Notes: generated from the sequence alone by a model not told the origin. A stretch of 64,000 nucleotides of DNA from an uncultured Bdellovibrio sp. (GCA_963932905.1 CAWVRN010000006.1:97821-161820); one strand, 5' to 3'; shown: positions 29,202 through 39,530, counted from the stretch's first letter. Numbers and translations are program-made.

Positions 29202-30308
29202 CTAGCGGCGTTGTTTTAGATTTCTTTTCTTACCTTCTTTTGAATAGAAATTAAAGTTTGCGTCAACAGATAAGTCAATACTTAAGCTTAAAAGAATTTG
29301 ATCTTCCGGAGTTTGCCCCGGGTATTCGCCGGCTTCAGTTTTAAACATAGCCGCATCAACATTCAAAAATAAAAAGCTGAATCCAGCACCCATCGTTGGA
29401 TACCCCTGGCTGGAGCCCACGCGAAGGTCAATCAGAGGCAGAGACAATTCAAAACCCGTATGCAATTTTTTGCCAATTTGCACGCCGGTATCGTTAATGT
29501 GTCGGTACTCAAACCCAGCTGATAAATCAATACCGGGGAGATCTAAAATTAACCCAGCACCTGCTTGTAAATTGTCTTTGATTCTTGGAGGCGCATCATT
29601 ACCCGTCGTCTTGGTAAACGCAGTCGATCCCACATCTTGCCACACAACGGAAAAAGACGGTGACAATCGACCAGGAATTTTAGTCATTAACGCCAGATCA
29701 CCACCATAACCAACGCCCTTATTTTCAAATTCATTTTGCAATGCCGCTGAGTTTCCCTGAGCGATCGTACTTAGACCTACGGTCTGATATCCACCCCAGC
29801 GATTGATTCGTTTGAATGCCACGCCTAACGAAGTCAATGGTGCAATTGGAAACGCACCCGCAACAACAAGTCCGTAGTCATTGAAGAAACTCATATCAAT
29901 ATTTGGAAAAGCCGTATTTCTAAGAATCAAAGACACCTGAGCATCGTCATAAATCGACACACCGAAATTAGGCATGATCGCAGAAATTCGACCATTACCA
30001 CCCAGTCTTATTTTTTTTCCAAAAAATTTATCGTAGTCAGAAACAGTACTCACCGAACCGGAATCCTGATAGGTTTTGATCGTATCAAGGCCATTGATCC
30101 CCAATCCAATATTGGCGACCTCGACGGCGATACCGCTAACGTATCCAAGAGCTGCAGGATTAATTGTTGGCGCATCTGTATCTTTAACAAAATTTAGGTA
30201 AACACCGCCCATACCCAGTGCACGAACAGGACGATTATATTCATACAGGGCCGCCCCGAATGTTGTGGTACATGATAATAATAAGAGTGTCAGGCAATTC
30301 ATTTTCAT
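29202..30308 (-). CDS. FadL/TraF/PorV-like outer-membrane beta-barrel (copy 2)
   Basis: Signal peptide; RALGMGG and INPAAL hatch motif; amphipathic strands; basic tail KKRNLKQRR. Confidence 0.7.
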   Translation of the reverse strand: MKMNCLTLLLLSCTTTFGAALYEYNRPVRALGMGGVYLNFVKDTDAPTINPAALGYVSGIAVEVANIGLGINGLDTIKTYQDSGSVSTVSDYDKFFGKKIRLGGNGRISAIMPNFGVSIYDDAQVSLILRNTAFPNIDMSFFNDYGLVVAGAFPIAPLTSLGVAFKRINRWGGYQTVGLSTIAQGNSAALQNEFENKGVGYGGDLALMTKIPGRLSPSFSVVWQDVGSTAFTKTTGNDAPPRIKDNLQAGAGLILDLPGIDLSAGFEYRHINDTGVQIGKKLHTGFELSLPLIDLRVGSSQGYPTMGAGFSFLFLNVDAAMFKTEAGEYPGQTPEDQILLSLSIDLSVDANFNFYSKEGKKRNLKQRR

Positions 30309-30320
30309 TTATTTATCTCA

Positions 30321-31169
30321 TCATGGACAACACGTGATTAGCGTACATCCCGAAGTAGGTTCAATACCGCTGTCACTAGAACGAAGTAATTTTCTTGTTA
30401 CCGTTTCATCAAAACTAGAACTATTTGGATCTGTGATGGCACAGGCAGACCCACACGTGGCTTTTATAGTTTCCAACGCTGTCAACACCGAAGAGTTTCC
30501 CGATAGCACAGCCGATACCGCAGCCAAATTGTCTAAAACTAGCCCCATGCCCGACATGACTTGTCTTAAATAGTCCGTCGAAATACTTGCAGAACTGCAT
30601 GAAGTATATGCCGCATCTGCATTACCATCCTGATTCACATCGGCAACATCACGCAGATAGGTTCCCATTTTTGCCATCCCCAACACGGCCATAAATAGAT
30701 TTTGTTCAGTGGATCGCGCACCTGATGTTGAGCCGAACGTTTCAATTACTTTTTGGGCCTCGTAACAATTGGTTGGCGAAACAGTAATAGATTGAAATTT
30801 TTGCATAAAGAACAAAAACGGAGAACCCGTCGCCGTAGTTAATGAATTCACAAAAGTCACGAAATTCAAACCACATTTAGATGCATACGCACCGGCCAAA
30901 TCTTCACGAGGGCAAATTTTAATACCGTCTACTTTTTCACAGCGCGAGTAAAAGCTTGAATCTTTCGTGCGGATTTCTACAATTTTAGAAATGGCTGTGT
31001 CGTAATCCAAATCGTTCAAAGAATCACGGGCATCTTGATAGAGAGCTTCGGATGTATCCTTCTTCGCTGTCATTTCGAAAAAGTTTCCACCACAACCTAA
31101 ATTGGTCAGAAAACAGATAGCTAAGCTAAGTCTAATAAATCTAGAAACGGAAAGTAATTTTTGCGACAT
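30321..31169 (-). CDS. Cys-rich helical lipoprotein
   Basis: Lipobox NLGC; TPR-like ALYQDARDSLNDLDYDTAI; many Cys, ends CTLITCCP. Confidence 0.75.
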   Translation of the reverse strand: MSQKLLSVSRFIRLSLAICFLTNLGCGGNFFEMTAKKDTSEALYQDARDSLNDLDYDTAISKIVEIRTKDSSFYSRCEKVDGIKICPREDLAGAYASKCGLNFVTFVNSLTTATGSPFLFFMQKFQSITVSPTNCYEAQKVIETFGSTSGARSTEQNLFMAVLGMAKMGTYLRDVADVNQDGNADAAYTSCSSASISTDYLRQVMSGMGLVLDNLAAVSAVLSGNSSVLTALETIKATCGSACAITDPNSSSFDETVTRKLLRSSDSGIEPTSGCTLITCCP

Positions 31170-32244
31170 TTCGTCGATCCTCTTTAGGTTCCGCCGCAGT
31201 CCCTACTTCTTCCCCGTATGTGGCGATTTGAAATTGAAAACGTTCAGATGCTAACTCGAAACCGGCAGTGACATAACGTTGATTGTACCCCGCTCGAAAA
31301 AAGAACACGTCACCAAAGTTCACTTCTACCCCCAGGTGATACAGCTTGTTTTTATCCTCTTCATCTTTAGCCGTTAGTATTCCGTGATAATCGACGGCCC
31401 ACAAACTGCGAATATTGGGTCTATGAATGATTTGAAACGATAAACCAGCATCAATATCTTGGGCGACACTGTTTGGTCTTTCATTCGTCGTCATACGAGT
31501 AAAATAGGTTTTATCAAATGTCGTATTGCCAATATCCCGAGCCACAATTGCCAATGTCGGCAAGTTATCCCACGGAGCTGTTAAGATGAGTCCCACATCA
31601 CTACCGATACCTAAACCATGTTTAGCTTGGTTAGCCGCAGCCAACGAAGTTAAGTCCACAGCCCCCGACGGATCGATGGCTGTCTCATTCACCTCTGTAC
31701 GACTAATTATTTTCCCAGTGAAGCCCAATTTAATTCGGCCATCCCAAAAACGAAAATTGTAGCCTAACAATAAGGCCATATCGTCACGATAAAACACCGA
31801 CGCACTTGTGGCCGACGAAGCTAACGTACCGAGTTCATTTTTCACTAGTAATCCGATACCAAAGTTTCTTGCAACGAAAGAGGGAAACAACTGTGTTCGT
31901 GCGTAGAAATAATCGCCGGGAGTCGCCGCTACCGCTGGTAAGACTTGTGACACAGATGTGGGATTCGAAAAACTTTTAGCTCGATAGGTATTTAAAGCTG
32001 AACTGCCCATATCTAACTCGGGATCCAGTATCGTTCCGAAGAAATTTCTTAACTTCCCAAGGCCAGCTGGATTCACGATAAGCGCAGTCTCGTCGTTCAC
32101 AGACGCCACAGACGCGTTACCCATTCCAAGCGGTCGAATTCCATTATAAAACTCAAAACGTTCGGAAGCAAAAGCAAGGCTCGAAAATAGCATTGAAAAT
32201 ATCGTAGGAAACCAAGTCAATTTCATACTTACATTATAAACCAT
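31141..32244 (-). CDS. FadL/TraF/PorV-like outer-membrane beta-barrel (copy 1)
   Basis: Signal peptide; RPLGMGNA and VNPAGL; terminal beta-signal KITFRF. Confidence 0.75.
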   Translation of the reverse strand: MVYNVSMKLTWFPTIFSMLFSSLAFASERFEFYNGIRPLGMGNASVASVNDETALIVNPAGLGKLRNFFGTILDPELDMGSSALNTYRAKSFSNPTSVSQVLPAVAATPGDYFYARTQLFPSFVARNFGIGLLVKNELGTLASSATSASVFYRDDMALLLGYNFRFWDGRIKLGFTGKIISRTEVNETAIDPSGAVDLTSLAAANQAKHGLGIGSDVGLILTAPWDNLPTLAIVARDIGNTTFDKTYFTRMTTNERPNSVAQDIDAGLSFQIIHRPNIRSLWAVDYHGILTAKDEEDKNKLYHLGVEVNFGDVFFFRAGYNQRYVTAGFELASERFQFQIATYGEEVGTAAEPKEDRRNVAKITFRF

Positions 32245-32354
32245 TTCGCTACGCTCCCATTAGTGCTTTCGTGAAGTATAGACTTTGGCCCGTTTTTCCT
32301 AAGGAAGTCTTGATGCTATCTAAATCCTATTTACAATAAAAGCCGGAGTGAAAA

Positions 32355-33128
32355 ATGACTATTAAAAAACCTAGACTAACTTTCGTTCGTTGTTTTTTGG
32401 TTACACTAACTAGCACCCTATTTTTAGGGTGTGGTTCGGCAACCGACGTAGACAAAATCGGCGATGCTCAACAGTGTTTAAATTCGGCGACGTCAACAAC
32501 AGCTATGAGTTGTACTACAAAAGTAGACGGATTGACCTCGACAGGCGCCTACAATATTCGTTGCGCGGCAGCCTTCGTGCGTGAAGGATTTGCCAACCCT
32601 ACAAAATACACCACTGCGTTTAGTTCTCTGAACGGCGGCAAGAGCACAAACTTCATGAGCCTTGTTTCGTTCTCTTCCACTGGCGACATTACGACCGACG
32701 CATCTAACGCCAGCACAACATTCAGCGACTGCTATAGCGCGGGAGCTAAAGGAAAAACGTTAATTTCAGCGTTTGGATATTTCTCAACGGCACTTATGAA
32801 ATTCTTTGCTGACTCGTGCCCATCGGTGACCTCATGCAAATCACCATCGTCTGGAAATTATGATTTAGGAAAATGTATTACCGACGCCGGTACGGCTCTA
32901 TGCGTGGAAGCTGCCAACATTGCTTTGACAAGCACACCGGACTCGTCGGCTTCCGGCCAAGTTCAAAGCTCGTTAGGAAGCGTAATCATGTCCACCTACA
33001 ATATCAGCTGCTCGGGTTCAGGCGCGAACAAAGATCTTTGTGCCACGCTAAAGGCATCAGTGACAGCGGGTGGATCTAATCCAAGATCTGTATTCACTTC
33101 ATTTTTCACATCTTCAGTTAGTCCTTAG
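32355..33128 (+). CDS. Cys-rich Ser/Thr-rich lipoprotein
   Basis: Lipobox FLGC; multiple Cys; GGAG RBS; divergent from the barrel operon. Confidence 0.75.
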   Translation: MTIKKPRLTFVRCFLVTLTSTLFLGCGSATDVDKIGDAQQCLNSATSTTAMSCTTKVDGLTSTGAYNIRCAAAFVREGFANPTKYTTAFSSLNGGKSTNFMSLVSFSSTGDITTDASNASTTFSDCYSAGAKGKTLISAFGYFSTALMKFFADSCPSVTSCKSPSSGNYDLGKCITDAGTALCVEAANIALTSTPDSSASGQVQSSLGSVIMSTYNISCSGSGANKDLCATLKASVTAGGSNPRSVFTSFFTSSVSP

Positions 33129-33141
33129 TTTTACACGATCC

Positions 33142-33179
33142 TCCCCTAGTAAGAGTTAAGACCCTTTAACACTAGGGGA
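33142..33179. terminator. Stem-loop after the lipoprotein gene
   Basis: TCCCCTAGT / ACTAGGGGA with inner GTTAA/TTAAC. Confidence 0.45.
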
Positions 33180-33290
33180 AGTGCGATCTATAGCCCCCCG
33201 CAAAAAAAGTTTCGTTTTCGGCAAATTCTTCTAGCCAGCCCGTAGATTCATGATATCAAACTCTGTCTCGTCAGAAATAGGGAGCTTGAT

Positions 33291-33749
33291 ATGATTAAAA
33301 GTCTTACTTTCATCTTCGGTCTATTGATGTCAATGAGCTTGATGGCGGATCCCGCAAAATGCCTCTACCCTCTTCGTTCGCCTCAAGGATTAAATCCTCT
33401 AAGTTTAAATGATTCTTTCCTTATTAAAATTCACAAAACATTGGCCGGCGAACTAGATCCATTTGTGTTAGGTGACGGTGGTCTAGTGACAGGTACGTGG
33501 TTGGCGGGTGCAAAACCCATCTCTCAAGAATCCGTTCCATTTTTTATTATTTTTGAAGGTGATATCGATCACCCAAATACAACTAAAATTGATGAGGCCT
33601 ACTACAAAGGTGTGCAGTTTTTTTTGATCAAAGCTAATTGCCTCGCACAAATGAAAAATGAAAAACAAATCAAAGCAGTGCAAAGTTTAGTAACACGCCA
33701 TATGAAACCACCTAAAGGTAGTTACTTTAAATATTACACGTTTCAATAA
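33291..33749 (+). CDS. Secreted hypothetical protein
   Basis: Signal peptide; GGGAG RBS. Confidence 0.7.
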   Translation: MIKSLTFIFGLLMSMSLMADPAKCLYPLRSPQGLNPLSLNDSFLIKIHKTLAGELDPFVLGDGGLVTGTWLAGAKPISQESVPFFIIFEGDIDHPNTTKIDEAYYKGVQFFLIKANCLAQMKNEKQIKAVQSLVTRHMKPPKGSYFKYYTFQ

Positions 33750-34396
33750 TGACTCAGTTGAATGAAACTCAGAAATGGTTTGATGCGGTTGTCGATTTAT
33801 TGATCGCAAACGGCAACAAATTAGTAGATGAAAAACGCTGGTCTTGGGATAAGGAAGGCGGCCACTGTCTTCTGACCCGACCGATTGATTTCAAGTTAAT
33901 TAAAGAAAATTTCGAAGTTCCACCTGACATTACGTTAGATGAAGGCTATCAGCGCATTTCTACCTTAAATGAATATCTCGATATTGGTCAGCGACGACCA
34001 TGGCAAACAGTATTTGTAATTCCACCTTTCGAAATTCCAACTTGGCGCCCCCTGCTGCTACAGAAAGGTAAAAATCAATCGGCCTTTCCTGTGGCTGAAA
34101 TTGAAAACGAATTGAAAAATTTGGGAGCGCAGTCCGTAGGTGAAAAATTAGAAACAAAGGACTACGTCGAGCCCTACAAGACAAATTGCCGCTTTCATAC
34201 TTGGATGCTGACATTAGACACTGGCCGAAGCATCGGTGTGTTTATCCAAGGCTCTTATGCTGGTATCACGACCTACCAAACTGGAAAGTCCGATGATGAC
34301 ATTAAGGAACTAATTATGTTCTTGAAACCTTTAGTAAAAAAACTAGGACTTCACATTCGAAATGATCAAGATTTGGTCGACGTCACTATCGACTAA
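33749..34396 (+). CDS. Hypothetical cytoplasmic protein
   Basis: 215-aa ORF, TAATG coupling to the upstream gene. Confidence 0.65.
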   Translation: MTQLNETQKWFDAVVDLLIANGNKLVDEKRWSWDKEGGHCLLTRPIDFKLIKENFEVPPDITLDEGYQRISTLNEYLDIGQRRPWQTVFVIPPFEIPTWRPLLLQKGKNQSAFPVAEIENELKNLGAQSVGEKLETKDYVEPYKTNCRFHTWMLTLDTGRSIGVFIQGSYAGITTYQTGKSDDDIKELIMFLKPLVKKLGLHIRNDQDLVDVTID

Positions 34397-34480
34397 AGCA
34401 AAATGATTTGCAAAAAAGGGCCAGTTACAATTGCTGTCCCTTCTTGATTTAGTTACTATTAGTTATCTGGAAGTAACTAA

Positions 34481-35584
34481 ATGAAGATAGAAAACCTAGA
34501 AATTAATTTCCAATTTCAAAATGCCGCAACGGTTCCCATGTCATCGTTGCAAAAAGATTATTTTCAAATTTTGAAACAAGAAAAATCAATCGCAAAAACG
34601 GTTTATTTTTACTATCAGCAAGGTTGGCTGATGAATTTCGCCGAACTCTACGCCTTGATCTACAATCTGACTCAAGTGCAATCAATCCGTAACCCAGAAT
34701 TTTTAGATTATTTCCGTCAACTCGTTTTAAAAACTGAACCGGGACGCAACAATTTGCTTCCCGAAGTTAAGCCGCAGGACATTGATTTGACGATGGTCAA
34801 AAGCTTACCATTTTTTCGATCTTTAAAACCGGCAAGTTTAAATTTCATGTTAACAAATTCAAAAGCCTATTCAGTACCTAAACAGACGATGTTTATTCAA
34901 GAAGGCGGTGTTGATCGCGACATGTATGTTTTGCTGAAAGGACAAGTCGGGATTTATAAAAAAAATGCGACCGGTGAAAGATTCCGCGTGGCCACACTTA
35001 TTCCGGGTTGCCTATTTGGTGAGTACGCCTTCTTTTTAAATGAACCACGACTAGCCGATGTGGTGGCCTTAACAGACGTTCAAGTTTTAAAAATTATTTA
35101 TATTCCTTCCGTATTTGATCAGTGGATACGCAAGGAAGTAGCGGAATCCCTGAAGCATCGTTTTTGGGTTATCCACGGAATTATGCGCTCGCCGGTATTA
35201 TCGATATTACCAGAGGACACCACTGATCAGTTAATTCATAGAGGTCATCTAAAAACGATCCCGGCCAATGAGATTCTATTTAAAGAAAGAACGCCAGGAC
35301 ATCACTTCTATGTTTTAATTCAAGGTTCAATGACCATTATTCAAAATGGCAAAAACATAAATGTTCTCGCCGCTGGCGACGCTTTTGGTGAAATGTCGCT
35401 TTTCATCAATCAAGGAATCCGGACAGCCACAGCCAAAGCCCAAACAGAATGCATCGTCCTAGAAATTTCATCACAGGATTTCTATGCTCTAATGGCCGAA
35501 AACCTGTTCCTAGCGAAAGAAATCGAAAACCTCGCCTATTCCCGCCTAAGAAATGATCAAAAAAGACTCAAACCTCAGGGCTAA
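34481..35584 (+). CDS. Tandem cyclic-nucleotide-binding domain protein
   Basis: Two phosphate-binding cassettes: FGEYAFFLNEPRLADV and FGEMSLFINQGIRTATA. Confidence 0.88.
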   Translation: MKIENLEINFQFQNAATVPMSSLQKDYFQILKQEKSIAKTVYFYYQQGWLMNFAELYALIYNLTQVQSIRNPEFLDYFRQLVLKTEPGRNNLLPEVKPQDIDLTMVKSLPFFRSLKPASLNFMLTNSKAYSVPKQTMFIQEGGVDRDMYVLLKGQVGIYKKNATGERFRVATLIPGCLFGEYAFFLNEPRLADVVALTDVQVLKIIYIPSVFDQWIRKEVAESLKHRFWVIHGIMRSPVLSILPEDTTDQLIHRGHLKTIPANEILFKERTPGHHFYVLIQGSMTIIQNGKNINVLAAGDAFGEMSLFINQGIRTATAKAQTECIVLEISSQDFYALMAENLFLAKEIENLAYSRLRNDQKRLKPQG

Positions 35585-35664
35585 AACACGCTCTGAATCA
35601 AAAATGTTAGATGACTACGAGTTTTTACTTTACTACCATGTACTCACTTTAAGGAGTACAACTC

Positions 35665-36963
35665 ATGAGCTTATCTTATAATCAAGGTGAACAGTCCAAA
35701 ATTGAAGGACACTTAAATGGTCCGTTATTTCAAAATGCTTTAAAAAATTTAGAAGAAGCCGCGCTACTTATCGATTGCGATAAAAACGTTTTAGAACGTT
35801 TGAAAAAACCTCGCAAATGCGTAACGGTTTCCGTTCCTGTTCGCATGGACGATTACTCTGTGAAGGTATTCACGGGTTACCGTGTACAATACAACGCAAC
35901 GCTAGGTCCCTATAAAGGCGGTATCCGTTATCACCAAAACGTGGATCTTCCAGAAGTCGTTGGTTTAGCGGCTTTGATGACTTTCAAAAACTCGGTATTG
36001 GGTTTACCTCTGGGCGGCGCTAAAGGCGGCGTGTGCGTAGATCCAAATTTATTATCTCGCACGGAAAAACAAAACTTAACTCGTCGTTATACTTCTGAAA
36101 TCGGTTCTTTCATTGGGCCAACTAAAGACATTCCAGCTCCAGACGTAGGCACTGATCCTCAAACAATGGCGTGGATGATGGACACGTACTCTCAAGAGTA
36201 TGGTGGTTTTTCTCAAGCCGGCGTTGTGACTGGTAAACCAGTTGAAATCGGTGGATCTCTTGGTCGTAACCACGCCACTGGTTTAGGTGTTGTATTCGTG
36301 ACCGAAAAAGCATTCGAACATTGTCATATTCCTTTCAACGGTTCAAAAATCGTGGTTCAAGGTTTTGGTAACGTGGGTTCATTCGCGGCATTATTCGCTC
36401 ATCAACGTGGCGCTAAAATCATCGCGGTCAGCGATGTTAACGGTGGTATCTTTAACGGTGATGGTTTCAATGTTCCCGATTTAATCGAATACATGAAAAC
36501 TCACAAAACAGTAAAAGATTTCCCTAAATCACAACCTATCTCTAACGAAGCGTTGTTAGAACTCGAGTGCGATGCTTTACTACCGTGTGCTTTGGAAGGT
36601 CAAATTGATGTTCACAATGCAGAAAAAATTAAAGCCAAAGTGATTGTTGAAGGTGCTAACGGTCCTATCTCTAATCCAGCGACTAAAATCCTTCACAAAC
36701 GTGGCATCTTTATCGCTCCAGACGTAGTAGCCAATGGTGGCGGTGTTATCGTGTCTTACTTTGAGTGGGTACAGGATATCATGTCCTTCTTCTGGGATGA
36801 GTCTGAAATCGACAATCGTTTAAAAACGATCATCACAAAAGCGTTCGACAACGTAGTAAAATTCAAAATTGAAAAAAATTGCGACATGAGAAGCGCGGCG
36901 ATGGCCGTTTCTATCAAACGTCTTGAAAAAGCAATGTTACTCAGAGGCCTATACCCTCGCTAA
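35665..36963 (+). CDS. gdhA: Glu/Leu/Phe/Val dehydrogenase (glutamate dehydrogenase)
   Basis: GPYKGGIRY, LGGAKGG, DIPAPDVGT, QGFGNVG, EGANGP, VSYFEWVQ. Confidence 0.93.
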   Translation: MSLSYNQGEQSKIEGHLNGPLFQNALKNLEEAALLIDCDKNVLERLKKPRKCVTVSVPVRMDDYSVKVFTGYRVQYNATLGPYKGGIRYHQNVDLPEVVGLAALMTFKNSVLGLPLGGAKGGVCVDPNLLSRTEKQNLTRRYTSEIGSFIGPTKDIPAPDVGTDPQTMAWMMDTYSQEYGGFSQAGVVTGKPVEIGGSLGRNHATGLGVVFVTEKAFEHCHIPFNGSKIVVQGFGNVGSFAALFAHQRGAKIIAVSDVNGGIFNGDGFNVPDLIEYMKTHKTVKDFPKSQPISNEALLELECDALLPCALEGQIDVHNAEKIKAKVIVEGANGPISNPATKILHKRGIFIAPDVVANGGGVIVSYFEWVQDIMSFFWDESEIDNRLKTIITKAFDNVVKFKIEKNCDMRSAAMAVSIKRLEKAMLLRGLYPR

Positions 36964-37982
36964 TGGATAATGCTTTTGAAGCTGCCTTAGATTTATGGAA
37001 GCCATGGATGTGGATGTCACCATCTACGGGACACGACTGGCTTCCATTTTTTTTGAAACTCACAGCGTTCCTTTCTGAAAATTCCAAGCAACCTAATGAT
37101 TGGCATTCACGGCAGTGGCGTCATCTGTATTTTAGAAATCCGATCGGCATCGCTGGAGGACTTGACAAAACAGGTCAATCCATTGACTCGTGGTGGGCAC
37201 TAGGAGCCGGTTTCGTGGAAGTCGGCACCGTGACTCCGCAGCCACAAAATCCTAATCCTGGCAAAATCATGGATCGTTTTAAGGAAACGCAGGCCTTGTG
37301 GAACAAGATGGGTTTTCCAAGTCCCGGTTATAAATCTGTGATGAATGAAATGGAAAAATATTTCGATAATCGTTCAACCCCGATTTTCCTAAACATTGGT
37401 AAAAACAGAAATACGCCGAACGAAAAAGCTCATGAAGACTATTTGTTTTTGATGAAACAAATGTATTCAATATGCGATGTTTTTGTGGTGAATATTTCTA
37501 GCCCCAATACCGCGGGTCTACGCCAACTATTTACGAAGGAATACTTTGAGCCACTGATGGAAAAACTAGGCGATGAATCGCGCCGTGTGAACCGTCCATT
37601 GTTACTAAAAATCAGTCCTGATGAAACGAATGAGCAGTTAGAAACGATTCTTCAAGCTAGTCATAACCAAGGGGTAGATGGCTACATTATTTCCAACACG
37701 ACCATACAGCGCCCGACCCCATCGCCGTATCCTGTTGAGGGTGGACTATCGGGAAAACCGCTTTCGATCCCGTCGATGGAAACGCTAAAGAATGTCATTT
37801 CCATGCTGGGCACGCATCGCAACAATAAATTAATCATAAATGCTGGCGGGATAAGCAATGGAGAGGATCTCAAAGATCGATTGGCCTTAGGTGCTGACCT
37901 TTGCCAATTATACAGCGCCCTGATTTTTCGCGGACCGTTCATTTTCAGAAAAATTGCGCGCGAGTACGAAAGTTCTATTTAA
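36963..37982 (+). CDS. pyrD: Quinone-dependent dihydroorotate dehydrogenase
   Basis: GIAGGLDK, EVGTVTP, NIGKN, NISSPNT, KISPD, GGLSG, QLYSAL. Confidence 0.95.
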   Translation: MDNAFEAALDLWKPWMWMSPSTGHDWLPFFLKLTAFLSENSKQPNDWHSRQWRHLYFRNPIGIAGGLDKTGQSIDSWWALGAGFVEVGTVTPQPQNPNPGKIMDRFKETQALWNKMGFPSPGYKSVMNEMEKYFDNRSTPIFLNIGKNRNTPNEKAHEDYLFLMKQMYSICDVFVVNISSPNTAGLRQLFTKEYFEPLMEKLGDESRRVNRPLLLKISPDETNEQLETILQASHNQGVDGYIISNTTIQRPTPSPYPVEGGLSGKPLSIPSMETLKNVISMLGTHRNNKLIINAGGISNGEDLKDRLALGADLCQLYSALIFRGPFIFRKIAREYESSI

Positions 37983-38023
37983 GACCTTTTAAATCCGGAC
38001 TCTGTCGAGTAGACTGGATATTG

Positions 38024-38443
38024 ATGAAGCGGACTAAACTGAAAAAAATCAACTGGATACCTGTCGTTGCCGGATTCTTGAAAAAGGATCAAAAGATATT
38101 GGTTGGCCAACGGCCGGAGAATCATTCCCTTGCCGGCTTGTGGGAATTCCCTGGCGGTAAAATTGAAATTGGTGAAACTCCCGAGCAAGCTCTGGAGCGT
38201 GAACTTAACGAAGAGTTAGGTATCGAAGCTCAGATTGGAACGCTCCGTTTAGCTTGCACTCATTCTTATGGCGATGTCGGCATCATTATATTGTTTTACG
38301 AGGTGAACTACTGGAAAGGTGAACCTAAAGCCAAACATCATTTGATGCTGGAATGGATCTACCCTCAAGAATTAAAGACCCGCCCGATTCCAGAAGCGAA
38401 CAAGAAGATCCTTAACGATCTTTTCAAAGCCCTAGGGATTTAA
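38024..38443 (+). CDS. mutT: NUDIX hydrolase, MutT/NudG family
   Basis: Nudix box WEFPGGKIEIGETPEQALERELNEELGI; ATG 38024 preferred. Confidence 0.8.
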   Translation: MKRTKLKKINWIPVVAGFLKKDQKILVGQRPENHSLAGLWEFPGGKIEIGETPEQALERELNEELGIEAQIGTLRLACTHSYGDVGIIILFYEVNYWKGEPKAKHHLMLEWIYPQELKTRPIPEANKKILNDLFKALGI

Positions 38444-38447
38444 TCCA

Positions 38448-39530
38448 ATGGCTAAAATACTTTTCATTACAAAAAAGTTAACAGCCAACAGTTTGAACCA
38501 AATAGAAATCATACGTCGATCGGGACATGAATTTACAGTTCTTACATCGCAATCTGAAAAGAATGCCGGCCTTGTTCACTCTGATATTTTGTACTATTTT
38601 TCAAAGTGGAACTTCATCGAGATGGCCAGATTTCTACCGTCATTCATGGTGATCAACCCAGACATCGTGCATGTTTTCGTAGATTCCGCATCCGCCGTCA
38701 AAACAGCTGACTTTTTCGCAGGACTAGCGCAACTGTTTGGTAAATTATTTTCAGTACAATTTTTCCTGTCCGAAGATAGCTTCTTGAAAATGAAACGCGC
38801 CAAGAAGCTAGTCTATGCTGCCGATATCGTAACGGGTCCACACAGAACATTTTTGTACCATTTACGCGGCTTGCAAGCGAAAAATCGTTACCAAATCAAA
38901 GGTGTAATTCCTCCCATCTTAAGGCTTTCTGAAAAATCCTCGGCACCAGAAATCGCATCAGATGTTTCCGCTAAAGATTTTCAAAAATACGAAATGCTGG
39001 TTCCACTAAAACGGAATGGGTTTAATGAAACTGTAGTTATTGCCTTAGCTAAAAAATTCTCTACTTTATTCTTGATTGATTTAGAATCCTGGGCAGCTGC
39101 AGACATCAAACGCTTGAATCATGTCTTAAGTAAAGAAAACGCAAAACCTTGGCGATTCTTTCCAATGGGCTCGTCTCAAAGCGATCTAAAGCATATCCCA
39201 AAATCTAATTTCACTTTATGGTTAGCCGGTTTGGATTTTGAATTAGAAGAATGCATTCAGTTTTTTGAATTTAGCTTAAATCGAAAACTTAGCATCGTTA
39301 TGGATCAGAGCCAAGTTCGCCTGTACCCCGATTTATGGGAAAATAATAATATGGCGTCCGTAACTCAAAAATCGCAAGTTCTGCCATTCATTGCCGGCTT
39401 CTCGCTGTCTCGACCTACAGAAAATCCTGATGATTTAATTAACACTGTTTCCTTGGTCGATATCAGCGTAAATGAATTTAACCGATTAATTTCTAAAGCT
39501 ACGAGCACACAGAATGAAAAAACTATCTAA
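38448..39530 (+). CDS. Divergent GT-B glycosyltransferase-like protein
   Basis: N-terminal KILFIT...GHEFTVLT...NPDIVHV pattern; adjacent to a GT4 gene. Confidence 0.55.
   Translation: MAKILFITKKLTANSLNQIEIIRRSGHEFTVLTSQSEKNAGLVHSDILYYFSKWNFIEMARFLPSFMVINPDIVHVFVDSASAVKTADFFAGLAQLFGKLFSVQFFLSEDSFLKMKRAKKLVYAADIVTGPHRTFLYHLRGLQAKNRYQIKGVIPPILRLSEKSSAPEIASDVSAKDFQKYEMLVPLKRNGFNETVVIALAKKFSTLFLIDLESWAAADIKRLNHVLSKENAKPWRFFPMGSSQSDLKHIPKSNFTLWLAGLDFELEECIQFFEFSLNRKLSIVMDQSQVRLYPDLWENNNMASVTQKSQVLPFIAGFSLSRPTENPDDLINTVSLVDISVNEFNRLISKATSTQNEKTI

Noticed and set aside
29202..32244. Conjugative element based on TraF-like similarity
   Set aside because: No relaxase, VirB4/VirD4 or other tra genes; embedded beside addAB.
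37901..38023. N-terminal extension of the NUDIX ORF
   Set aside because: Overlaps the pyrD 3' end; ATG at 38024 gives a normal-length protein.
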